Source of the DNA: a virus
Taxonomy: Duplodnaviria; Caudoviricetes
IMG/VR virus record: IMGVR_UViG_3300026549_000036
Direction: 5' to 3' (one strand)
Length of the DNA: 64,000 nucleotides
A model generated the notes under the pieces. It searched no databases. It worked only from the letters and a program-made list of their open reading frames with translations, and had not been told where the DNA came from. This document shows, one piece after another, positions 54,624 through 63,914 of this stretch (position 1 is its first letter; each line of letters opens with the position of its first letter). The position numbers and the translations under genes are program-made.

Positions 54624-54980
54624 ATGAGAATTTACACTGACTATAACCCGAACACTCGGAATGCGGAACTGTTGTTTGGTTTGGAATATGACGAAAAGGT
54701 AGATAAGTTCTATATTGCGTATGTTTACATACCTAAGCCATCTGGAAATTATCCGCCAACTGCTGAAGATGAAGAAAAAATCTTTATGAGTTATTTGGAT
54801 TTTGATTTTTATAAGTGGCGCCTCACCAAGGACCCAAACGCAATTTATAAAATGGTTTTTCCGAACTGGGAAGGCAATTTTAAAGCGAACAAACATCGTA
54901 TTTGTTTGGATTTCTGCGGCTATGTTTCTAAAATGGTTGGTGCGTGGATGAGAGAAAGAAACATGACTGATGATTTCTAG
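54624..54980 (+). CDS. DF-tail family protein
   Basis: ends RERNMTDDF*. Confidence 0.65.
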   Translation: MRIYTDYNPNTRNAELLFGLEYDEKVDKFYIAYVYIPKPSGNYPPTAEDEEKIFMSYLDFDFYKWRLTKDPNAIYKMVFPNWEGNFKANKHRICLDFCGYVSKMVGAWMRERNMTDDF

Positions 54981-54984
54981 TCTT

Positions 54985-55050
54985 TGTAAAATAAATTTTA
55001 CATAAAAATGTTGTATTTTCATTGACAAACTGTATAATTATTTCTATATT
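54985..55050 (+). promoter_or_regulatory. Promoter module
   Basis: TGTAAA-ATAAAT-TTTACA 54985-55002, TTGACA 55022, N17, TATATT 55045. Confidence 0.85.
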
Positions 55051-55256
55051 ATATGGTGTAAAAGAGAGGTACAATATGACATACTGGTTTGTAAATGTTG
55101 ATGGTAAGTGGTCTAAACCATTCACTTACTATCCTGTCGCAAAATACAATTCAACAAAGAAAGCCGTAAAGATATACGAAGTTAATTTGGACGAACTGCC
55201 GAAGAAAACTCTCGTATGGAAGGCAAATGTTTAACCACCAATAAGGAGATACAACA

Positions 55257-55703
55257 ATGAAAGACTTTTGGAAAGAAGTAGCATTTTCTACATTCATTGT
55301 GCTAATGGCTCTACTTATGGGTGTTTGCCTGGCTATTACTCTCGTTCAGCATGGTTACATTCCGGTAAATACTCCGTCGGGTTCTTCGTCTGACATTACG
55401 GAAGTATCTAGTTCTTCAGTAACGGAAGTTTCTAGTTCTTCTGTTGAAAAGAAGATTGTAATGCCGGAACGTTGCTCTAATGAAAGTGCTTAAATGGCTT
55501 GGTTAGATGTTGTGAACTCTCCTGTATTTAAGGGTTGTAAGGGTAGCACCGTTGAACACGAAATTTATCACGCAACTGACATTCAGATTTTCTGTGAAAC
55601 TCCACGAAAGATTACAGAAAACATTAAGCAGTTCAAACGATATAATGTTGTTATAAAGAATAACCAAATGTATATCACTTATACTTGTAATTGGGAGGAC
55701 TAA
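55257..55703 (+). pseudogene. Membrane-anchored protein (paralog of 54023) with in-frame TAA at 55491-93
   Basis: PERCSNESA*MAWLD...FKGC vs paralog PDQCDDITARMAWSD...YKNC; Ser-rich linker. Confidence 0.65.
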
Positions 55704-56233
55704 ATAATGGAACACATTATTATCTTTTTCGGTCTTATTACATTTATAACAATGATTCTCGGTGCCATCAATGCGCTGGTATGGAAAAACGAAAATGCCG
55801 ATTCTATCCTGGATGCTATCGTTCATATTTGTGCTGGCATTACTGGTGGATTTGCTCTTTGTCTTTTGGGCGGGCAAAATCACATTCTAAATGAACACGA
55901 ATACAGAGAATACAAAGAACTGAAAAAGCAGTATATGGCTTCGCCTAATTTGTTCAATGCAAACAACCAAACATGCTGGAACATTAACGGTGCCAAGCAT
56001 TGTGGGGATTTCACTTACGAAGATAACAAAACCAAAATTGAAGTCAAGAATGGCTCAACTAACATCACTGTAAAGTAAGGAGAAAACTATGACTGATTTA
56101 AAAAATAGGCGTAAAGAAATTAAAGAAGTTAAACAGAAAATGGACCGATTTGTCCTGAATTTGGATAGCACAATTCGGCTAATGCAGAAAGCAAAGGTAA
56201 AATTACTTTTACAAAAATTTAAGATTGGAGAAA

Positions 56234-56299
56234 AGTAAACAAAAATTTACCAGATTTTTACGAATACTCATTGACAAAATGGGTATTTTTTTCTATATT
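56234..56299 (+). promoter_or_regulatory. Promoter module (second palindrome at 56196-213)
   Basis: AGTAAA-N6-TTTACC 56234-51, TTGACA 56271, N17, TATATT 56294. Confidence 0.8.
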
Positions 56300-56807
56300 A
56301 TACTTAGAAACAAAAGAGAGGTAACCAATGAACAGAAAAATCACAGCAGAAAATCTTAAAAATTTGAATGACGGCGAAACGATTGAAACCCCGCGTGGAA
56401 CTTTTAAGATTGAACGATTCCGCTACCAGATTAACCTTTACAAAAATGGTGAATTGGCTAGCTGCGATTATTTGAGCGAATACATGACTAATGATGGTCA
56501 TGTAGCAGCTTGGGAACGTCTGTATAATCACCGAGCAAAGTGGCTCAACTGGGAACTTGGTTACTAATAAACTAAAAGAGAGGTACAACTATGGCAAACA
56601 AGAAAAAGAAAAATTCCGCAAAAGAAAACGAACGTATGCGTAAAGAACGCATCGCTGGCTCTGACAATGGTCGCACTATGCGTACCCGCGTAGTGAAGGA
56701 CAAGAAGAAGTACACCCGTAAAACCAAGCACAAGGAATTCACTCAGGAAGATGCTGATGAATGTGTGCGAAAGATTTTTAAAACTTTGAAAATGTAAGGA
56801 GTGAACT

Positions 56808-57080
56808 ATGGAACCGATTTTTGATGTCAATACTTATATTGCTATTGATCAGTGGGGAACTTTAATTACTGGAGTTTCTGTTATTTTGATTTTTGCTTTT
56901 TTCCTTGTGCGTTTCGTTCCAGTTCTAATTTATTACAAAATCAAGGATTGGATTGATGACTATAAGCGACACAAGAAGTGGAAGGAAAACATTGAAAATT
57001 CTCCGAATGTGTTTGAAGAATTTACAAAGAAGCCCAAAACAGAAAAAGAACGACTGAAGGATATGAAGGAGGATTTTTAA
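56808..57080 (+). CDS. DF-tail family protein with N-terminal TM helix
   Basis: ends RLKDMKEDF*. Confidence 0.7.
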   Translation: MEPIFDVNTYIAIDQWGTLITGVSVILIFAFFLVRFVPVLIYYKIKDWIDDYKRHKKWKENIENSPNVFEEFTKKPKTEKERLKDMKEDF

Positions 57081-57346
57081 ATGCCAAGATACGATTTTGC
57101 CCACCCTCAATTTAATCAGGGATTTGTAACATACCCAGTCAAAGAAGAACCACTTTTTGAAAAGTTCTGTAAATTGGCTCACCGCTATCGTGTGAATGTA
57201 ATCAAGTCGCAGATGGTCATCACTACAAAGGACTATACGGCAAAGGTCTTTAATCGTTTTTCTTACATTGAAATCCGTAAGGATTGTAAGTCAATTATTC
57301 TCAAAAACGAAGAACAAATTAAGCAGTATTTGGAAGGATTGCGTGA

Positions 57347-57724
57347 ATGAATGATTTAGTGGATTTATCAACACTATTTTTCAAACTGGTAGAAGATTAT
57401 CATTTGGAACTTCATTATTCCAAAGAAGCTAATTTGTATTCAACCCGTATTCCTGGAGACCAAAATCAGTTTGTAACACTCGCAGGTAGTTTGTTGAGTT
57501 TCGGTTATCTATTTGGAACTGAACCATATCTTATGGTAGCACAAACAATTTCAAGGAAAAATTTCTACACGAATAATTTGGTATATAAAATAAATTCCGA
57601 TGGTTTGGAAAAGGCTCTCCGAATGTATATTGAAGTTGTTATGCGAAGGTATGAAAAGCTGATGAAGAAATTGAAATCAGAATACGAACAAAGTAGATTA
57701 GATAAAATTCAAGAGGATTTTTAA
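57347..57724 (+). CDS. DF-tail family protein
   Basis: ends RLDKIQEDF*. Confidence 0.7.
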   Translation: MNDLVDLSTLFFKLVEDYHLELHYSKEANLYSTRIPGDQNQFVTLAGSLLSFGYLFGTEPYLMVAQTISRKNFYTNNLVYKINSDGLEKALRMYIEVVMRRYEKLMKKLKSEYEQSRLDKIQEDF

Positions 57725-58056
57725 TGGCTTGGGAATTGAAAAATAAAAAATTATCCAAAAGATTACACGAATTAGGACTGGTAGATGATGAAATGGGCTA
57801 CTGGTTCTATCCTCCATACAGCAATGCTTTTTGGGTAATTTCTTCTTATGGCGACTGTATTTCTTTGGTTGGTGGATTTACTTATGACAATGGCAGAATT
57901 ATTGATGTTGGCTTATCTGCCAAATATAATGTAGATGACGAAGATTTGATTATTAAACAAGTTAAAAAGATAATTTACGATTTTCAAAACTGTATGCTAC
58001 TATATAAGCAAGAAAAGGAACAGAAACGATTAGAAAAATTGAAGAAGGATTTTTAA
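57724..58056 (+). CDS. DF-tail family protein (paralog of 58056)
   Basis: ends RLEKLKKDF*. Confidence 0.7.
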   Translation: MAWELKNKKLSKRLHELGLVDDEMGYWFYPPYSNAFWVISSYGDCISLVGGFTYDNGRIIDVGLSAKYNVDDEDLIIKQVKKIIYDFQNCMLLYKQEKEQKRLEKLKKDF

Positions 58057-58400
58057 TGTATTCGCCAAAAATTACAAGCGACAGTTTGAGAAAGAAATTT
58101 CTAGACTTAGGTCTTCGTGAAGATGACGGTGGTTATTGGTATTATGACCCATTCAATAATAACGATTGGATGATTGCTTCGTATGAAGACGAAATAAGAA
58201 TTTCAACAAAAGTTACAGTTGATAAAAATGGCGAAGGTTATTTTGAAGTACTTGGTAATACATTAAATTGTGTAGATGATGAAGAAAAGATTTTAGAACA
58301 AGTTAATAAACTATTGAACCAAGTTAAGAGAATGGATCTGACGAAAAAGAAAAAGAAAATGAGAATGCGAATGAATAAACTTAAAAAGGATTTCCAATGA
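58056..58400 (+). CDS. DF-tail family protein
   Basis: ends RMNKLKKDFQ*. Confidence 0.7.
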   Translation: MYSPKITSDSLRKKFLDLGLREDDGGYWYYDPFNNNDWMIASYEDEIRISTKVTVDKNGEGYFEVLGNTLNCVDDEEKILEQVNKLLNQVKRMDLTKKKKKMRMRMNKLKKDFQ

Positions 58401-58753
58401 ATTCGGAAATGAAACGAATTATAGAATATGCCAGCACATTGGGGATTGTAAAACTTCCTTCGCCTAGTTTTTCTTATGGTGAGAAAGGTACTTATTATGG
58501 TTTGCCTGAATTGGTTGAAACTGCGTGGATAATTAGAGTTTATGATAATGAAAAAGAAATGAACATCGTTAAAGGTGCCTATATCAACGGTGACAATGAA
58601 GTTATGACTGGACAAGCAGTTGATTACACAACATTAAATTATAAGTTTCATTTAAAAAGGCTTGTTAATAAAATCCGAAAATTGGAATTGGATGTTAAAA
58701 AACTAAAAGAAGACGCACGAATTGAAAAAATGGAGAAAGACTTCAATGACTAA
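58397..58753 (+). CDS. DF-tail family protein
   Basis: ends RIEKMEKDFND*. Confidence 0.7.
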   Translation: MNSEMKRIIEYASTLGIVKLPSPSFSYGEKGTYYGLPELVETAWIIRVYDNEKEMNIVKGAYINGDNEVMTGQAVDYTTLNYKFHLKRLVNKIRKLELDVKKLKEDARIEKMEKDFND

Positions 58754-59147
58754 AAAAGAATTTCTACACATTTGTAAGAAATATAATCTTGTTACGAGGC
58801 AAGAGAAAGCTTGGGAAGGTAGCATTTATATTTCTGCTTATATCCCAGGAATGGTTTATGAACCTGAAGATACAGATAATGACAGTTTAGCAGTCTTTGA
58901 ATCAGAATCGTGGGATGACGATTTCGGAAAGGTAAAAATGTATGGTGGTTTAGATACTGAGTATAATGCGGTAAAACACATTACAACATACAGCTATGAA
59001 AATCACCGCACTGTAGATACTAGGGATCCGACTCAATTTGAACAAATTGTAGCTGGTATAATGCAGCGTTATAACACTATGAAATTGTTGGATAAGAAAG
59101 AAAACGAAAGAAATAAACTTATTAAATTACAAACGGACTTTGAATGA
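58746..59147 (+). CDS. DF-tail family protein
   Basis: ends KLIKLQTDFE*. Confidence 0.7.
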   Translation: MTKKEFLHICKKYNLVTRQEKAWEGSIYISAYIPGMVYEPEDTDNDSLAVFESESWDDDFGKVKMYGGLDTEYNAVKHITTYSYENHRTVDTRDPTQFEQIVAGIMQRYNTMKLLDKKENERNKLIKLQTDFE

Positions 59148-59443
59148 CATACAGAGAGTATATTAGACTGACCGAAAATTTTGGTCTTGAAAGAAAACAC
59201 GCCTGTTGCTATTATATGGGTCACTGGGTTTGTATCTTTTGGTTTGATAATTCAAGTGCTATAATGGATTCTGAAGAATTGCTAAATCATACTGGCATTG
59301 TCAAAATGGTAGATGACAGTGAGATTGTAAATGAAAGCACAGATAAAGAACAAATTAAAGATTTCATAATTAAACGAATGGAAGAAATTAAAGCTATTAA
59401 GGTTAATAAAAAACTAAAAACTATGGAGAAGGATTTTGAGTAA
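59144..59443 (+). CDS. DF-tail family protein
   Basis: ends KLKTMEKDFE*. Confidence 0.7.
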   Translation: MTYREYIRLTENFGLERKHACCYYMGHWVCIFWFDNSSAIMDSEELLNHTGIVKMVDDSEIVNESTDKEQIKDFIIKRMEEIKAIKVNKKLKTMEKDFE

Positions 59444-59798
59444 ATTAAAAGAACAATTTTTAGAAGTACTGAAAAACGAACCTCGTGTTACAATTCAAGA
59501 AGAAAGTGACAAAATAACAGTAGCTTTCATTAAAGGATTTGAAGAAGACGGAGGTTGGTGTTGTTATGATGAAGAAGATAACGAAATCCGAATTAACGGA
59601 GAAATCGGTATAAAAACAAATTATAAAGATGTTTGGATAAACAGCGATTACTCTTTTGATGGGTGTATAATTATTAAATCTATTAAAACCTTTAAGAAGT
59701 ATCTAAAATTTGCTTTGGGTGTTGCTGCGATTTATGAACAAGCTATCAAACAAATTAAGAACCTTCAACGATTGGATAAAATGGAAGATGACTTTTAA
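59436..59798 (+). CDS. DF-tail family protein
   Basis: ends RLDKMEDDF*. Confidence 0.7.
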   Translation: MSKLKEQFLEVLKNEPRVTIQEESDKITVAFIKGFEEDGGWCCYDEEDNEIRINGEIGIKTNYKDVWINSDYSFDGCIIIKSIKTFKKYLKFALGVAAIYEQAIKQIKNLQRLDKMEDDF

Positions 59799-60060
59799 TG
59801 AATTTTACAGTTTATATAAAGAAAGGGAAACTAAATACACTAAAATAATGGTTGAATCCATTTATAAGTTAGGACCGAGTACTTGGTGTTCAGACATTAA
59901 GACAAAGAAACTTGTTAGGATAAATTGGTCTGATAGTCAGATTAAATTTACCGAAATTTCTCTAGCCGAAGAAATGGAAAGGCGTAACCAGTATAAACTG
60001 TTAAATAAAATGTTCAAAGCACAAGAGAAACTGGAGCAAATGAACGATGATTTTCAATAA
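59788..60060 (+). CDS. DF-tail family protein
   Basis: ends KLEQMNDDFQ*. Confidence 0.7.
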   Translation: MTFNEFYSLYKERETKYTKIMVESIYKLGPSTWCSDIKTKKLVRINWSDSQIKFTEISLAEEMERRNQYKLLNKMFKAQEKLEQMNDDFQ

Positions 60061-60355
60061 CTTATCTGATATTCAAAGAACAGCAAAAGATTATGGTTTT
60101 GAACTTGAGAAGGGTTATGCGTCCGACATTATTTCCTATTATGTGAAATACGAACGTTATTCAGTCGCACACGTATGGATGCATAATAGACTGCAACAGT
60201 TCAAAATTCATTATGACGAACCAGTTAAAAGCTTTGAATACATTGAATGGTGTGATAAAGACAGATTTGAAGAATTTTTAAGGGTTGTCATACAACAGAA
60301 AAAGAAAGAAAAACTACAAAAGAAACTAGCCGAAATTAAAAAGGATTTTAGATGA
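60047..60355 (+). CDS. DF-tail family protein
   Basis: ends KLAEIKKDFR*. Confidence 0.7.
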   Translation: MIFNNLSDIQRTAKDYGFELEKGYASDIISYYVKYERYSVAHVWMHNRLQQFKIHYDEPVKSFEYIEWCDKDRFEEFLRVVIQQKKKEKLQKKLAEIKKDFR

Positions 60356-60849
60356 ACGAAAATCATTTTGCCAAATTAGCAAAGAAGTCGCCTTATTACT
60401 TCTATATTATGGAAACCCATTCAGGTGGTGGTTGGGTAAGGAATGAAAATGGAACTCCTTGGTTAGATGAATTCGGGAAAACTCATTTTATTCCTTCTAA
60501 AAAGCATTATATTGTTAGAGCTTATGTTGATGTGAATAAAAGACATTATAAAAAACTAGAAAATCACGGTGGTGGTTCAATTTATTTTACTTTTAATTTG
60601 GAAGAAGACTCAAAAATTAAAATGAACATTTATAGTTACTGTGATGAAGTTCATAAAATTACAAATGGTTTTTTGGGCTTGGAAAAATACATTTCTTATG
60701 GCGAATATAAAAAGATTTGTAAGAACGGACTTAGTGTTTCAAAGAAACAGTTAGATGAATGGTGTGCTGAACATATTAAAATTAACAAAGAAAAAGCAGA
60801 AGCATACAAACTAAAGAAAATGAATGAGGACTTTGATGGAGAAGATTAA
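60352..60849 (+). CDS. DF-tail family protein
   Basis: ends KLKKMNEDFDGED*. Confidence 0.7.
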   Translation: MNENHFAKLAKKSPYYFYIMETHSGGGWVRNENGTPWLDEFGKTHFIPSKKHYIVRAYVDVNKRHYKKLENHGGGSIYFTFNLEEDSKIKMNIYSYCDEVHKITNGFLGLEKYISYGEYKKICKNGLSVSKKQLDEWCAEHIKINKEKAEAYKLKKMNEDFDGED

Positions 60850-61165
60850 TTTACAGAAAATCTGCGATGAATGTGGGCTAATTTATCAGAAAGATAGTTC
60901 TAATATAGAAACTGGTTATTATAATGGGAAAGTAATTTTTCAGTTTGACCCAGGCCAGGTTGTGAGTACTTATAAGAACAATATAATATGTTTATCATCT
61001 GCTGCTATGAGTAAATATGGTTTAGATTTCGTTTATCCAAAACAAATTTACAATGATGATTACAATTATAATTTTTTGAAAAAGTCAATTACAGAAGCTA
61101 TTATTAAATACAAAGAGTTAATACTAGAAGATAAAAAACAGAAATTACACCAAGATTTTGAGTAA
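60836..61165 (+). CDS. DF-tail family protein
   Basis: ends KKQKLHQDFE*. Confidence 0.7.
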   Translation: MEKINLQKICDECGLIYQKDSSNIETGYYNGKVIFQFDPGQVVSTYKNNIICLSSAAMSKYGLDFVYPKQIYNDDYNYNFLKKSITEAIIKYKELILEDKKQKLHQDFE

Positions 61166-61166
61166 T

Positions 61167-61232
61167 TGTAAAGAAAATTTTACATAAAAATGCAGTTTGT
61201 CTATTGACAGACTGCTATTATTTTTCTATATT
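61167..61232 (+). promoter_or_regulatory. Promoter module
   Basis: TGTAAA-GAAAAT-TTTACA 61167-84, TTGACA 61204, N17, TATATT 61227. Confidence 0.85.
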
Positions 61233-61787
61233 ATATAGTGTAAAAGAGAGGTAACAGAATGAACGATTGTGTAAAAACTTCTATTAACGATTTGATTGTT
61301 GAATCCAAACTGAAGCCTTGTGGCTGGCTTGACGATTTCACCTATGTTTTCGGAAAGGACAATTATACTGCTCCTGAAGAAATGAAGGATGGTGTGCGAA
61401 TTAAGCCGGTTGATTGGCACGTTTACGAAGTGAATGACATTATCGGTGGTCGCATTTTTGAAACTGAATTTTTGATGTTTGAAGAAATTTTGGAAAGATA
61501 CGGGAGAGAAAATTAATGGCTGTTACTCAGGAACAATATAAGAAAATTCTTAATGGCGAAATTGAAAGCTGGACGCTTATGTGTAACAGTCGCAGTGATT
61601 GTCCGCATCTGAATGTTCACTACACAGAAGATTTTGTGAACCAGGACGAAGCAGAACAGTCGTTTTATAATTTGCGAAACAAATACATAACATCGGCAAC
61701 CAGAGTAATTGAAACTGAAGATGTTCCGTTTGCTCTCGTTACGAATGAAGTAATTTTAACATTGGTTTATAATGGCAGGTTATTAAT

Positions 61788-62939
61788 ATGATTTTACCTT
61801 CTTTACAAGAATTTTTAAATGCTGAAAAATTGGGCAGAGTATCTGCTCACAGACAGAATGGTTTGGTTGGTTTCAAATACACGAATGAAACCATCTACGC
61901 TCAGGACTGGGACATTGTAACCTTAAATGCCCGTGGTATTGCGTTCAACGAAAAGACCGGTGAAGTTTATGCTCGTCCGTTTAAGAAATTCTTTAACTAC
62001 CAGGAATTTTTCACTGACGAAGGCGAACATTCTGCTTTATACGAATTGTTACCAGCTGAATGGAAACCGAACATTACTGGTCATGCTCGTTATATGGAAA
62101 AAGTTGATGGTTCTCTCGGCATTGTTTTCTATAACTGGCTTACAGAAAAGTGGCAAGTGAAAACAGGTGGTTCGTTTGATTCCGAACAAGCTATCTGGGC
62201 ACAGAAATGGTTTGACGAAAACATCTCTACGTTATTTTTGATACAGAACAGAACTTATTTGTTTGAAATTATCTCTGATGAGGACATTCATCCCATTCAT
62301 TATGATTTTGAAGGAATGGTTTTGTTATCTGTAATCTCAAATGTAACTGGTGAAGAATACACACTTTCTGTAATCAAAGAAACTGCGGAATTGTTGAAAT
62401 GCCGAATGGCTCAAATTTACGATTTCTCAGATTTCAATGAGGCGGTTGCGTGGGCAAAGAAATTGCCAAAGACCCAGGAAGGTTTGGTTATTACATTTGA
62501 CAATGGTTTCAAGTGTAAGGCTAAATCTGATGATTGGTGTCAGTTGGCGAAAATGTTTGAAGGAATGACAAAATGGAACATTTGGGTCTGCTACGATGTT
62601 GAAAGGGACTTCTTTCACGCACACGTGGATAAGCATAATGCTTACAAACCCATAGATGACGAAGTTCTGTTTATTCCTGAAGAACTCGGGGACATCCGTA
62701 AATATGCGGAAACTGTGCGTTCCGAAGTAGAACGATTGACGGAATACTCTATCGTATTGGCTAAAAAGGCCCAGCAAATGACGTGTGAGCGACGTTTGCA
62801 ATACGAATGGGTGAACACTAATCATCCTACTTTAATGCCAGCAATAATGAAGTCCTTGGACTACTTGAATGGTAAAACACAGTATGTGCGAATCCGTCAG
62901 GTATGCCATAAACTCATTAAACCGCAGTCGGAGGAATAA
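61788..62939 (+). CDS. T4 Rnl1-like RNA ligase
   Basis: ARG, RPFKKFFNY, EKVDGSL (motif I KxDG), T.GSF.S, TYLFEII, EGLVI, K.K. Confidence 0.9.
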   Translation: MILPSLQEFLNAEKLGRVSAHRQNGLVGFKYTNETIYAQDWDIVTLNARGIAFNEKTGEVYARPFKKFFNYQEFFTDEGEHSALYELLPAEWKPNITGHARYMEKVDGSLGIVFYNWLTEKWQVKTGGSFDSEQAIWAQKWFDENISTLFLIQNRTYLFEIISDEDIHPIHYDFEGMVLLSVISNVTGEEYTLSVIKETAELLKCRMAQIYDFSDFNEAVAWAKKLPKTQEGLVITFDNGFKCKAKSDDWCQLAKMFEGMTKWNIWVCYDVERDFFHAHVDKHNAYKPIDDEVLFIPEELGDIRKYAETVRSEVERLTEYSIVLAKKAQQMTCERRLQYEWVNTNHPTLMPAIMKSLDYLNGKTQYVRIRQVCHKLIKPQSEE

Positions 62940-63019
62940 GATAAGTTTGGGTGAACACAAAATTTGTGATTTACCCATACTAATTTTGTTTAAATTTTCT
63001 ATATTGTTTATTTAACCAA

Positions 63020-63050
63020 TATAAATAGCAGTCAATAACATTTATAAATA
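63020..63050 (+). promoter_or_regulatory. Two TATAAATA late-promoter-like boxes
   Basis: 63020-27 and 63043-50, intergenic, upstream of ORF 63077. Confidence 0.4.
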
Positions 63051-63076
63051 CATAGAACTGCTAGAATGGAGAAAAA

Positions 63077-63409
63077 ATGATAATAAAATTTAAACAGACT
63101 TATATGGAAAACAAAACTGGTTCCAACTGCTTTGTGTCAGAACAAATCCAGGGAACTGTATCTTCAGTTGTTTATCAAGAAAAAGTCTATGAAGTAGCTG
63201 ATGTAACAAATGAAGATATTATCTTTGATTTGTCCGGCAGACAGTATTTCCTAACTAAAATTTCTAATGTAAAACTCATTATGAAAGATAGTGATGGAAA
63301 ATTGAAAGAATTTGAAATTGGAAAAAACGAAATTTCCCACCGATGGGAAATGAACGGCTCAACTTATGAAAACCTAAAGGAATTATATTATGACCTTTCA
63401 CTTGACTAA
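63077..63409 (+). CDS. hypothetical protein
   Basis: GGAG RBS, 110-aa ORF. Confidence 0.55.
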   Translation: MIIKFKQTYMENKTGSNCFVSEQIQGTVSSVVYQEKVYEVADVTNEDIIFDLSGRQYFLTKISNVKLIMKDSDGKLKEFEIGKNEISHRWEMNGSTYENLKELYYDLSLD

Positions 63410-63436
63410 TGGCGGTTTAAAATAAATGTTTAATGT

Positions 63437-63468
63437 ATAGGGGACACTGTTCGTGTTTCCTATTTTTT
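63437..63468 (+). terminator. Intrinsic terminator-like hairpin
   Basis: ATAGGGGACAC-TGTTC-GTGTTTCCTAT + TTTTT. Confidence 0.6.
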
Positions 63469-63485
63469 AAGGAGAAAGCACAGTT

Positions 63486-63914
63486 ATGACAAAATTGATT
63501 ATCGTTCGCGGTGCGATGGGTTCGGGCAAATCTACCTTCGCAAACAAACTCACTAACAAGCTCATCAGATTTGGTTATAAACCAACTGATATCTGTCATT
63601 TTGAGGCAGACCAGTTCTTTATGGACGAAAACGGAAATTACAATTTCGTTCCAACCAAGTTGTGGCTTGCACACAAACAGTGCTTGGAAAAAACAAAGAA
63701 ATGTTTGTTGCGTGATAAGATTGTGATTGTGGCTAATACTTTCGCAACCAAAAAGGAAATGAAACCTTATATGGATTTTGCGGAAGAAAATGACATCCCA
63801 GTTGAAGTATATCGTTGTACTGGTGAATACCAGAATGTTCACGGTGTTCCTGATGATGTTGTAGCCGCAAAACGCAAACAGATGGAGGACGTGCTCAATG
63901 AGGAATTTGTTTAA
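63486..63914 (+). CDS. AAA_33 / polynucleotide kinase-like P-loop protein
   Basis: IIVRGAMGSGKSTFA, EADQFF, AH..C, VIVANTF, NVHGVP. Confidence 0.85.
   Translation: MTKLIIVRGAMGSGKSTFANKLTNKLIRFGYKPTDICHFEADQFFMDENGNYNFVPTKLWLAHKQCLEKTKKCLLRDKIVIVANTFATKKEMKPYMDFAEENDIPVEVYRCTGEYQNVHGVPDDVVAAKRKQMEDVLNEEFV

Noticed and set aside
11346-55234. Track ORFs starting at TTG 11346, 34886 and 55022
   Set aside because: That TTG is the -35 box; real starts follow the GAGGT RBS at 11409, 34949 and 55076.
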